Shown here: piece after piece, positions 54,944 to 64,000 of the stretch
Numbering within the stretch: the first letter of the stretch is position 1
Layout: the number at the start of each line of letters is the position of its first letter
Assembly: GCA_965637545.1 (NCBI GenBank)
Contig: OZ281498.1
Location: 17,794,001 to 17,858,000, forward strand
Source of the DNA: Phallusia mammillata
Taxonomy: Eukaryota
Length of the DNA stretch: 64,000 nt
Direction: 5' to 3'
Position numbers and translations under genes: made by a program
The notes under the pieces: generated by a model
What the model saw: the letters and a program-made list of their open reading frames with translations, nothing else
What the model was told of the DNA's origin: nothing
The model's database searches: none

Positions 54944-55115
54944 TCCGCCGCTGCGAAAAACCAACGTAGCCAACAGAAGTACGAACCAGCGAACGGAATT
55001 GCTCGACCCACACCCTCAGCACGGGTGGCGCCCTTCAACCGCTCGACGGGCGCACCCCCGCCACGCCCACCTCCACCCACCAGCACCACCTTCACACCGT
55101 TCACTGCATCTTTAG
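54944..55115 (+). CDS. TNK2: ACK-like kinase, proline-rich exon
   Basis: ttttcaacag| ... tag|gtgagc. Translates SAAAKNQRSQQKYEPANGIARPTPSARVAPFNRSTGAPPPRPPPPTSTTFTPFTASL. Phase 0 in, phase 1 out. Confidence 0.88.
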
Positions 55116-55305
55116 GTGAGCTAAATTCGATTTTGTGTCTAAACATGCTAGTGTCTGATGATTTCGAATACTTTTAACGGGCTGCAGACCGTGTAGCTTT
55201 AGGTGAATGAGTTAAAATGAGTTAGAAAACGATGAAAATGATACCTTGCTATAAGATTTATGGAAAAAAACTCTGTTTCTTAACGTTACATTTTTTCTTA
55301 TTTAG

Positions 55306-55568
55306 CGCCAGAACGGTCCTCACCCAACCATCTTTCACCTTTATCAACTTCCAACCCGGCTTCAACCTATCCACCGCGCCGTAACGCTGTTTCTCAAAGC
55401 ACGAACTCATCCTTCCACGCTCGTTCGACCCCGAGATATTCGGAGATGGGCCGCGGGGAAAAAGTCGTGGCTGTCCAGGGTGAAGTCTTCGGCGTTACCG
55501 ATGAAGAATGCCGATCAGCGCTGCGACTTAACGAGTGGGATGTGCCAAAGACCATAAACTACCTTAAG
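55306..55568 (+). CDS. TNK2: ACK-like kinase, exon with the first part of the UBA-type C-terminus
   Basis: ttatttag| ... aag|gtgtgt. Ends KVVAVQGEVFGVTDEECRSALRLNEWDVPKTINYLK (ACK1: [28 protein letters not shown]). Confidence 0.93.
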
Positions 55569-55708
55569 GTGTGTTTCACTTTAAACTCATTTAATGTAAA
55601 AAATACCCCTTTTCAATAAGAAATAATGATGTTTTGATTTATATTTGAGTAATAGTTTGAGAATTTTCCTCAATTTAGGCAAAAAACTAAAACGCTTTTT
55701 TTCATCAG

Positions 55709-55831
55709 GTCGAACAGTTGTTCCGTATTGGCGTTGCACCACGTGACGTATGCCAGCACATCCTCCAATCAACGTCGTGGAATTTACAAACCGCGTCACG
55801 TGTTCTTCTTGAACAGCATTGCCGCAGATAG
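55709..55831 (+). CDS. TNK2: ACK-like kinase, terminal coding exon (UBA-type region)
   Basis: tttcatcag| then VEQLFRIGVAPRDVCQHILQSTSWNLQTASRVLLEQHCRR* (ACK1: [34 protein letters not shown]). Stop TAG at 55829-55831. The 11 exons sum to 2248 nt, i.e. 1 nt plus 749 codons. Confidence 0.95.
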   Translation, partial: VEQLFRIGVAPRDVCQHILQSTSWNLQTASRVLLEQHCRR

Positions 55832-56697
55832 TCTCCTTTGACCTTTGAACCCGTCGGGTGCTAAAATTTCTCATTCTGTCGACTGCATTTGGCAAAATCA
55901 TCGTTGGAGCTGATCTTATGCGATTTATTACTGAAAAGTGCAAAGCAGTTAGTGGTGTGTGGGCGCGTGGACGCCGGGCCCGGGTGGAACCAAAGTACCT
56001 CAATTACTGTGAAGTGTTGCGTGCCGGGCGACAGGGCCGATCGCGTCGGTAATACTAAGCCACTGTTTCGTGAAGTGATTGTTTCTCTTTTCGCCGCATC
56101 CTTGCAATCATAGTCCCTATGTTTTCACAAGTCCCCATCGCATTGATGTCGTCGCTGAACAAAAAAGAAGAACGGCTTTTACTGCCTAATAATATTCTGC
56201 CCCGATGATTAAAAATAGACTTTCAGCGCCACGTGAATGATACGATTAACTGCTCAGCCCTTCTATTTTATTTTTCTTCGCAGTTTTTAAGTTATTGCAA
56301 AAAGTCTTTGTTTTTATTCCCTTATGTGTTGACGACCTCAGCCCCTATTAAGTCTATAGCGTCCAAGCGAGCCGGTTTTCGAGTCGTTTACCTAACTTGT
56401 ATTTTTCGTCGCCCACTTCCTTTTTGCAGTATTGCTATATCGTTGTTGTTTTTTTCTTTTATAATATTTCTGTTCTAAGTATGACTCTATTTTTTTCCTT
56501 CTCGTTCCGCACCCACAAAATTCTCTTTTTATCAGTTTACCAAATGGCAGCGGAATACAAACATTAAACTTTCAACATTGTGCTGTTGCTAGAAGACAAC
56601 GTTAGAAGGAGTAGTTTCAAGTTCTGGAAAAAAATTAAGATATGAGACACGCATATTTTAGGATCTTCTACATCAAACTTTTATAGATAGATGTACC

Positions 56698-56875
56698 CAG
56701 TGGTGATTCAGCCGGTTCGCACCGGTTCTATAGAACCGTCTCACGAAATTTTATGAGATCAGCGAACCGGTTAGCATTACTGCTTACTTTCAATAGACTT
56801 TTTGTAACAGAAGCGGCTGAAAAAAAAGACTTTTGTGATAGAACCGGCGGACAAAAAATTTGAATCCCACCACTG
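56698..56875. mobile_element. hAT-superfamily MITE, downstream of the ACK stop (possibly in the 3' UTR)
   Basis: TIR CAGTGGTG(GG)ATTCA with a 2-nt indel, perfect 8-bp TSD GATGTACC, internal GAACCGG/CCGGTTC repeats. Confidence 0.88.
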
Positions 56876-57383
56876 GATGTACCAATATTTGGAGTTACAT
56901 GTTGGTGGACTGAAGGGTGCAAAATTCTATTTCTTTAAAAGTCTCGGTGTGGCTCAATTTAAATGTGTCTGTTAGCAGAAGGTGTATGATTTGTAATAAT
57001 AAACTTGGCACTCCTGGACTGCTATGATGTTGGCAGCATTTAATTAGATTAAAACCTATGGACTACTGCTTCATTCGTCTTAAAGTCATTTTCAAAATAC
57101 CACCCTTTTGTGTTTACAAAGTAAAGATCTAAGGATTGTATACACGTGATATAGGAACCCAAAATACATGTGATATCGGAACATAAAAACGACGACAGGG
57201 CTGGAAAACCGTTTTTTTTAACTTTGTTAATTTAACGTTGACAGACAAATGCTTAGTAGCAGACTTCGCAGGCCGTTTTATCTGCATGTTTCACGTAACG
57301 TTTGTGAAAACAATGGATTATGTGTTATAACGGTTTGTAAATAAACTGTTTAAATAGTAAAACAATTTTATGGTTGCCTATAT

Positions 57384-57615
57384 CATTGGTCGGCACCGCC
57401 GGTGCGCGGCCGGGTGCCGGGCCGCGAGGAGTTCGTTACCGGGCCGTGTAATTTTAAGGATAAGTGCTTTAAATCATTTTCATCGTGTATTCCGGGGATG
57501 ATAAAGTAATTTAGGCGTTTTTATTGATGAATATTTGTAGTTTTATGAAGGCCGGTCCGTGATAAAATTTAACTTTTGAAAGCGGTCCGCAGTGCAAAAA
57601 AGTTGCCAACCCCTG
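57384..57615. mobile_element. Degenerate hAT-like MITE
   Basis: Right end AAAAAGTTGCCAACCCCTG, degenerate left end CATTGGTCGGCAC, GGCCG-rich subterminal repeats. No clean TSD. Confidence 0.5.
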
Positions 57616-57758
57616 AACTAATATTACCTGATGAAACCTGTGTGATAAAACTCATTACTGAGGTTGCTGAATTTACTCTATGTCGCCCACTTACGACCAT
57701 ATTGCACAGTTGAATCATGCGTCGATTGGAGGTACGCATTTTGGACAGTTCATGGAAA

Positions 57759-57827
57759 TACAGACATATAAAACCTTAGTCGGGATTCTGTAAAGCGTCC
57801 TGGGTACGAACCCCGTAGAAAAACAAA
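57759..57827 (+). repeat. Diverged copy of the same tRNA-Leu-derived element
   Basis: ATACAGACATATAAAACCTTAGTCGGGATT...GTCCTGGGTACGAACCCCGTAGAAAAA aligns with 58637-58710. Confidence 0.65.
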
Positions 57828-58439
57828 GTTTCACATAAAATTTTCATATTTATAAACAGAAATATTTCTTTCGGATTTTTTTATGTAACGCTTTCTTATA
57901 AGTTATTTAAACCCTATTTAAACTTATTACCAAGCTAATTGTAAGCGATAAAATTTCAATGTTTTTGACATCCTCTTTTGCCGCAACACTGACATCATTC
58001 ATCAAAAAATTTGTAACAAATCAATAGCAAATAAAGATTTGCAAAGCTTGCGTTTAGCATGAAACAATTTCCAGGACAGAGCGCTAAAAAAACAAGTTTA
58101 AGTTAAAATAACTTTGGAATCATATTTGTGAGTTGTTTATACGGTTATACGGCTAAAGTTGTTGGGTAAAGTTTTTTTTTAAATAATTTGAAATATCTCG
58201 GCTAAAAAACAGTTTTAATTTTAAATGCACGTTGAAAACTGTCGTACTTCACTACGTGAGTCATTGTCTGTTTCTTATCAATGCCTACAAAAAGTATTTT
58301 TTAAAGATGTTTTGCACCTAGACAACAGTTTGTAAGCCTCGAATTTACTTGTCAAATAGATCCCAACCCCGGAAAATTGCAAACACGGTAAACAGAAGTT
58401 GACCAGACCAAAATCTATTGCATACAATTAATAAAAAAA

Positions 58440-58768
58440 TGTATTGTCGGTAGATGGCGTTTGCACATCACGCCTCTTGCTTAGATGCCAAAAAAAAAAC
58501 TGATCGGGATTCGTCCCCGGGAGAGTCCTGGGTTCGAACCCCGTGAAAAAAAAAAAAACAAAAAAAAAAAAAAAAAAAAAATACTTCGGTACCCGGGGCA
58601 GGAACTTGGCCGAATGGTCTGGCGCGCCTGACCCACATACAGACATAAAAAAAAAACCTTAATCGGGATTCGTCCCCGGGAGTGTCCTGGGTTCGAACCC
58701 CGTGAAAAAAAAAAAAAAAAAAAAAATACTTCGGTACCCGTGAAAAAAATACTTCGGCACAACATTTT
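58440..58768 (+). repeat. Tandem tRNA-Leu-derived SINE-like units with poly(A)
   Basis: A box TGGCCGAATGGTCT at 58607 and B box GGTTCGAACCC at 58531 and 58690. GTCCCCGGGAG resembles the tRNA-Leu variable arm. Unit period ~159 bp, long A-runs, spacer TACTTCGGTACCCG. Confidence 0.7.
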
Positions 58769-58789
58769 ACAACCTTCCTTTCATAATTC

Positions 58790-59075
58790 ATGGCATATAA
58801 GCGTGTCATCCGCTTAGCGGTTAGACGTTGTCACATATTTCTTTCAAGCTCTGTCGATTCGAGCAGCATCGAATTAGCTGCACAAGTGACGTGGCATTTA
58901 CTGCATGTTTAATTCGCTCTATATATTGCAATCTTTGCCTTCCCCTTGATTTCTTGCCGTGGGGTCTTCCATGTAAGCACAAATATTCCAAAGTTTCCGA
59001 GTGTCGATTTATGTGTCCATAATATTTTAGACATTGTTTTTGAAATTGCATGCATTGAACAATTAAGGGATCAAA
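58790..59075 (-). mobile_element. 5'-truncated RTE-clade non-LTR retrotransposon 3' end
   Basis: The minus-strand ORF KQCLKYYGHINRHSETLEYLCLHGRPHGKKSRGRQRLQYIERIK...SNRQSLKEICDNV* matches the RTE ORF C-terminal pattern (L-x-[YW]-F-G-H...G-K-R-x-R-G-R-P/Q-R). It is followed by a short 3' UTR with a GATGACAC motif and ATGA-like tail units. Confidence 0.8.
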
Positions 59076-60339
59076 TTTGCAGGGGATGAAAAGCCGCATA
59101 TTAAAGTATAACCATCAAATGATCAAAACTTCAATACAATAACATTTACAAAACCAAAACAGAATATTTGTTTACCACTTAAGCCTAAATAGCGCTTTCA
59201 TGCCCTTTGTGTGAGATCAATGCAATAGCAAAATAACTTAATTTTTTCTTTAGGATTATTTGTCAAAGTTACGCCAAACTGGAAACCAGTCGCTTTTAAT
59301 GTAAGATCGTTTATGTCCTAATGAAAAATTGATTGCTAATGATGGCGTGTGCATAAATCGTTGTCAAAAATCCAGCACAGCGTGTGAGGCTCCCAACTGT
59401 AGAAAGATTACGCTGTTTTTTTAGACAAGAGTCGCATTTTTACGTCACCATCTACTCTCTGTACGTACAATGGCGACGTCGTGTATTGAGTAGGCGGTCT
59501 CCTGCACTGCATTTTCAGTTTACTGTGAAGCTTTCCAGGAGACGGATTGAATAAGGAAGTGCAGAAGCGATTCTTGGCGCTACTGAATACGGGCTTGGAG
59601 CCTTAGGTCACGAACGGTAGATTCAATGGTTTAGTCAAACAATATTAACTGCAGTGAAAGGAGGTCAAATCAGTAAGCTAAGGCTACAGGTTACACACAG
59701 CAGCAGTTGTACATTTGTGGATTGCGTTTGAACATTATTTAGGAATATATTTAACAAATTGCGATAATAAAGAATACTGATGCTAATTTGGAACATTTAT
59801 ATACTTTTAAGCCATGGCATGCCAGATACTTGAACTTATGCTGTGATTCACACCAAACAAAAGTTAACTATAACAATTGACGTTGTAGGGAACGAAAATC
59901 CATGATGTAGTTCCGGTTTTAGCAAGCGATTGTGCTAATTAGCATTAGCATGCGATGAACAACTATAAAGCAGAAGTTTATAACGCGAGCATGTTCATAG
60001 AACGAATGTTCGCTGATACACTGCACGCGCAGTTCACTGAAGAAGTTCAAAACACATATGAATTACTGAACTTTTCATTGTGGTGGCTTTGCAGCGTGTT
60101 TAGAGGTTACCATAGGGTTAATAAACGAAAACCGAAACCTACATACATACAAGGTAGCTGTTTACAAGCGTTTTAAACTATGTTTCAGCATCAAAGTAAT
60201 TGTTTCCAAGTTATCAAAAACTTATGTAGTGGGTAATATGGGTGTGGGCAACTTAACAGGAATGAAAAATAGTTTCTTCCTTGTTGTGTGCTGTCAAGAA
60301 TGTTTTAGTTCCTGCTGTCCAAAGGTCAGTGAAGCGGAA

Positions 60340-60580
60340 CGCGTAGAAGGAAGTCGTTGGGCCAATTGAGCGGCAGCAGTGATTTTCATTTTTCTCTCAT
60401 TAGGCGAAAATAACTAGGTTTCAAATTGCTGATGGACGAGCTTGGCCCTTTTGACATATGTAAACATAAGTGTACTGCTGCACGAACTCAAAGTATTGAC
60501 GTAGCTTCCGCCGTTGCGTCATAGCGCGACGCGTATTGGCGTCGGAAATAATGACTGTTTGCAATGTTGGTGTAATGTGA
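60340..60580 (+). promoter_or_regulatory. Candidate promoter of the ARF-like gene
   Basis: CpG-rich patch with GGCCAAT, TGACGTA, CTTCCGCC, TGCGTCA and ATTGG, 600-800 nt upstream of the acceptor at 61143. Confidence 0.4.
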
Positions 60581-61170
60581 GGAGCTGTCACATACATGGG
60601 TTGCCACTGAGAACTTTAGTGTGGGTTGAAGCTTGTTATTCATAAATCAGTTCTTGACATGTTTACTTCACAAAAGATAGGCGTTTATGCTTAAAACTTG
60701 TGAAAAGATTACAGAAAACGGTTGCGTTAGTTATGTAGCCAAGATACAAAAAGAAATGTAAGCAAAAGAAAGCAGTGACGTAATTGAAAGAACGAAAAAT
60801 TTAGAGAAGCAATCGCGAGACTTTAATCAGACAGGATTCCAAAAATCGGTATGATTATTTCTGCGTTAGCTACCGTAAAATAAACCTGAAGCTATTATCC
60901 GAGTAGTTTTTAAATACCGATACTAGGTCGAAGGTTTGTGCCTTACAGTAAATGTTTTTAGTGTAGCGAAACCGGAATAACATCACAAAGGCTTTTTGGG
61001 CCATTTAACAGTCAATGGTTATCAGTATTCCTGATCCAACTTTAGAACAATCTTTTTTGGGATAATAGCTTTGGGTGAGCTTCTATCCTATTGGATAGCC
61101 CATTTTTCATGGTACCTAAATATTTCCATTTACTTTTAATTAGGTGTTATTTTTTAATAAGGTTTTGGGA

Positions 61171-61689
61171 ATGGGTAATTCGTGCTCTGGGCGTCGAGAG
61201 GTACGCTTGGTACTGATCGGCCTCGACCTTGCTGGTAAGACTTCCGTGCTGAACAAACTCAAGCATGGAGAGGCGGGTTCCACTACGCCTACTGTTGGGT
61301 TCAACTTTGAGACTGTTGTGTTCAAAAACATAGACTTTAACATTTGGGACACCGGCGGCCAGGACAAGATCAGAGACCTGTGGAAACATTACTATGAACA
61401 AGTCGACGGAATTATGTTTGTTGTTGACTCCGCGGATGAAGGTAGAATTGACGAAGCAAGAGTTGCCCTCCATAAGGCTTTGCACGACATCAATTTGCAG
61501 AATGCATTTGTGTGCATCGTAGCCAACAAACGCGACTTGGAACAACGCATGTCCATGGACAGTATCAAGTCTGGTTTGCAACTGAACAGTTTGCCCGAAA
61601 ACCGAAAATGGGCGCTACTGGAAGTCAGTGCACTGAAGGGCACTGGTTTGGATGAGGTTCTTATGTGGACTGCAAAGCAAAAGAAGTAA
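61171..61689 (+). CDS. ARF-family small GTPase, divergent ARF6-like, intronless CDS, 172 aa
   Basis: MG start (myristoylation site), G1 GLDLAGKT, switch I TTPTVGFNFETV, G3 WDTGGQDKIR, RIDEAR, G4 NKRD, G5 SAL. The real ATG is at 61171; the ORF track starts at an upstream GTG. Acceptor ttacttttaattag| at 61143 suggests a 5'-UTR intron or trans-splice site. Confidence 0.93.
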   Translation: MGNSCSGRREVRLVLIGLDLAGKTSVLNKLKHGEAGSTTPTVGFNFETVVFKNIDFNIWDTGGQDKIRDLWKHYYEQVDGIMFVVDSADEGRIDEARVALHKALHDINLQNAFVCIVANKRDLEQRMSMDSIKSGLQLNSLPENRKWALLEVSALKGTGLDEVLMWTAKQKK

Positions 61690-62043
61690 TGTTTTGCAGA
61701 ACTGAAGCTTTAGCATCTATTTATAAACATTCGGCCGACTGTAAGTCCGTACAGCAACGTACAATTGCGATCAGCCTATTTTAGGCTACAGTGCTGTACT
61801 AAGCGCATTCACGATGTCAAAGTCTGCATATCAGATTTTTAATTAATTTTAAGAAAAACGATTTTTAATGTAATATTTTTTTAGTTTCGAAGCGATCAGA
61901 TTTTTATCTTTCAAGCTGAAAAGGCACAGTTTACCAACAGTTCAATGTGTCCTTAGTTTCCATTCTTGGTGGGCTATAATATGACAAAAGGCCCAAATAT
62001 AAGCGCAGTATATATGATTTGGGTTTGATCCAGCATTCTATAA

Positions 62044-62344
62044 CAGTGGTTCTCAACCTTTTAATTGGGCGGACCAGTAAACTTTCTAAACAAATTTTGC
62101 GGACCGGTGGACTTTCAAAATCAACCCAAAATGCAATTACGACAAAAATATGCAATTCAAAAGTATGAAAATTTCAATTTAATGAGAAGTTTGCTGCTGT
62201 CTGTTTGATACCTTATGTGTTAAACGCGGTTCTTGGAAATTTACAAAAATTAAATTGAGATAAAATTGTAATATATTTGGCGGACCGGCAGGAAAGTTGA
62301 CAGGGACCGGCACCGGTCCGCGGACCAGCGGTTGAGAACCACTG
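62044..62344. mobile_element. hAT-superfamily MITE
   Basis: Perfect 15-bp TIR CAGTGGTTCTCAACC, perfect 8-bp TSD TTCTATAA, subterminal GGACCGG repeats. Its interior differs from the 12128 copy. Confidence 0.92.
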
Positions 62345-63613
62345 TTCTATAACATCCCTTCGAGGGTTGACATGGCAAACAGTTGGACCACATCATGTTT
62401 GACTTCTTGTTTATAAGTGGACAGATTTTATGTCTGACAAGAAGTCGTGTTTTTGCCTACAAACATGTGTTACTTACTGATCACAACCCTATTGCTACTG
62501 TGTACCTAAAGTCAAACATCTACAATCGGCAGCATAGAAAATCGTGTACTATGTTTAGGATGAATATACAGAACTGATTAAATTCGTCCTATTTTTGGTT
62601 AAGACCAACACAACGTTGTTTTTATTCATGCAAAAGACCAACCCCAAACATGAACTATTGTTGTTTGTTCATACAAAAATCATCTAGATATGTACTACAA
62701 TATCATCGTTGTTGCCAGGTAGTATTTTTGTGAACTTCACTTGTAAAAAATCATCTGCAAACTAGAGCAGCACACTTTTTGTATTTTTTCTTTTTGCCCT
62801 GCATATATGGTCCTTCAATTTCCATTGAATACAATTTAAAATTTGACATTTTATTTTTTTCGTTCCAAATGTAAAAACATTTGTTTTGGAACATACCAAT
62901 GTATTACAAAAAATAGTATTGCCCTGCCCCAAAGGCAATCGGCACGTGGATGATATGCTCATCTTTCCTATGTTTTTTTGTGTATTTGTTTTGCTTGCAT
63001 TTATTTTTGAAGTTGCTGTTTCTTAAATAATATGTTTCAAGGCAATGATCATTATGAGTATAAGCTATGGTTAGGTAGTGATCAAATAGATTGTAAAACA
63101 GATATTGCATTGTCCAGCTCCAGGCTGTTTGCTAAGTCAAACGGATACAGACACACAAAAAAAGAAAATAAAACCTTGGTGCAGGGGTGCACAACTATTT
63201 TGCTAGAACGGCCGCATCGCAGATTCTTATTTCACCAACGGCCGCCATTTACCTGCTTATTTTTGTTTCAAAATACTTGGTTTATATCATGCATTTACCA
63301 TCTAATAGCGCCCCAAAAGCCCATATTAATTTCTAGCTTGGTGCACACATTGAGCTGCACATCGAAGAGATCAGTCTTAAGTGTTTATGATGTTGTACTG
63401 ACCCAGTGGGTAGACAATTAAACACTCCGTGTATCTGACTCTAATAAACAAACAAACTATCACTGTCGAAACAAACCTAAAAAGACGCAAACTGATTTAA
63501 CGTTCCCACATTATATTTCAATAAAGCATGCCACGAAAGCGCCTCTTGCGGCTAAACACGCAACACAAAAGTCACCGCGCCACGAATCAACTGTGAGATA
63601 TCAATTCCAATGC

Positions 63614-63708
63614 GTACTCTGGTCACTCTAGGTAACTTAAGGTCTTATGCACTGAAGGTAACTTATGCATTCTTATGGTAACTCTAGATGACTGTAGGTA
63701 ACTCTAGT
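63614..63708. repeat. Degenerate minisatellite of GGTAACT(C)TA units
   Basis: GGTAACT at 63631, 63657, 63677 and 63697, plus GGTCACT at 63621. Confidence 0.6.
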
Positions 63709-64000
63709 TTTTAGTTTGAAACACGTCGGTCTTTATAGCGCTCAGGTCAAATGTTGTTATGCAAGCTGAGCTGTAAAAACGTACGCCCGAGAAGGTTAAG
63801 TAAGTTCTAAACCGTAATTATTCTTTAAATTGCTTATAGAAGTGTCAAGTTTAACATGGCTGGAAGCAGATTAAGACGTTGCTTCACGTTAACACGTAAG
63901 GGGACGATAAAACGATAGCCTTAAGCAGTAATTGACCGGTTTAGTGATAAGAAAAACAGGTTTAAATAGCCGGTCAAGCTTTTGTGTAGAAAAAAGGCGA

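Noticed and set aside
55587-56052. ORF-track ORFs 55587-56003(-) and 55858-56052(+); also 61147-61581(-), 54060-54338(-) and 54504-54707(-)
   Set aside because: These are antisense shadows of real exons or 3'-UTR open frames, with no recognisable product.
58597-58704. Functional tRNA with a Leu body and CAC (Val) anticodon, which would mistranslate
   Set aside because: The 3' acceptor strand is replaced by poly(A), position 33 is C rather than U, and the D stem is weakened. It is best read as a SINE head or pseudogene.
58490-58760. CRISPR-like repeat-spacer array
   Set aside because: The context is eukaryotic, there are only about two units, the repeats are tRNA-derived with poly(A), and there are no unique spacers or cas genes.
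30637-58760. Shared ~159-bp period of the 30.6-kb duplication and the SINE array as a nucleosome-length signal
   Set aside because: These are two unrelated sequences with two units each, so coincidence is sufficient.
61171-61689. ARF gene as a processed retrocopy because it is intronless
   Set aside because: ARF6 and several ARL genes normally have intronless CDSs. There is no poly(A) remnant or TSD, and an upstream acceptor and promoter-like patch are present.
63182-63250. Complete MITE starting CAGGGGTGCACAAC
   Set aside because: No matching right TIR or TSD was found in the window. At most it is a truncated end.

Overview
Eukaryotic, AT-rich (roughly 35-38% GC by eye) genomic DNA with GT-AG introns and no obvious CpG depletion. 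It is most likely from an invertebrate chordate such as an ascidian, but that is an inference. The window holds the 3' part of an ACK1/TNK2-family non-receptor tyrosine kinase gene on the + strand. I reconstructed 11 coding exons with mutually consistent phases: end of SH3, CRIB, a charged linker, a proline-rich tail with the MIG6-homology region, and a C-terminal UBA-type region ending at TAG 55831. The kinase domain lies upstream of the window. The gene is split by a 7.7-kb intron and a 44.3-kb intron (8651-52936). The large intron carries at least 17 perfect CRE palindromes, many promoter-like GC-rich patches and several short ATG-initiated, phase-1 exon candidates. These would splice in frame onto the C-terminal exons and give a kinase-less, MIG6/ERRFI1-like protein; this is the most interesting hypothesis here and is untested. 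Downstream is a divergent ARF6-like GTPase with an intronless CDS (61171-61689). Mobile and repeat content: a Penelope-like fragment with a minimal hammerhead ribozyme, four hAT MITEs with perfect 8-bp TSDs, a ~400-bp foldback element, an RTE LINE 3' fragment, a tandem tRNA-Leu-derived SINE-like unit that keeps an intron-like insert, and a ~160-bp tandem duplication. All calls were made by eye without database searches, and reference sequences are quoted from memory.
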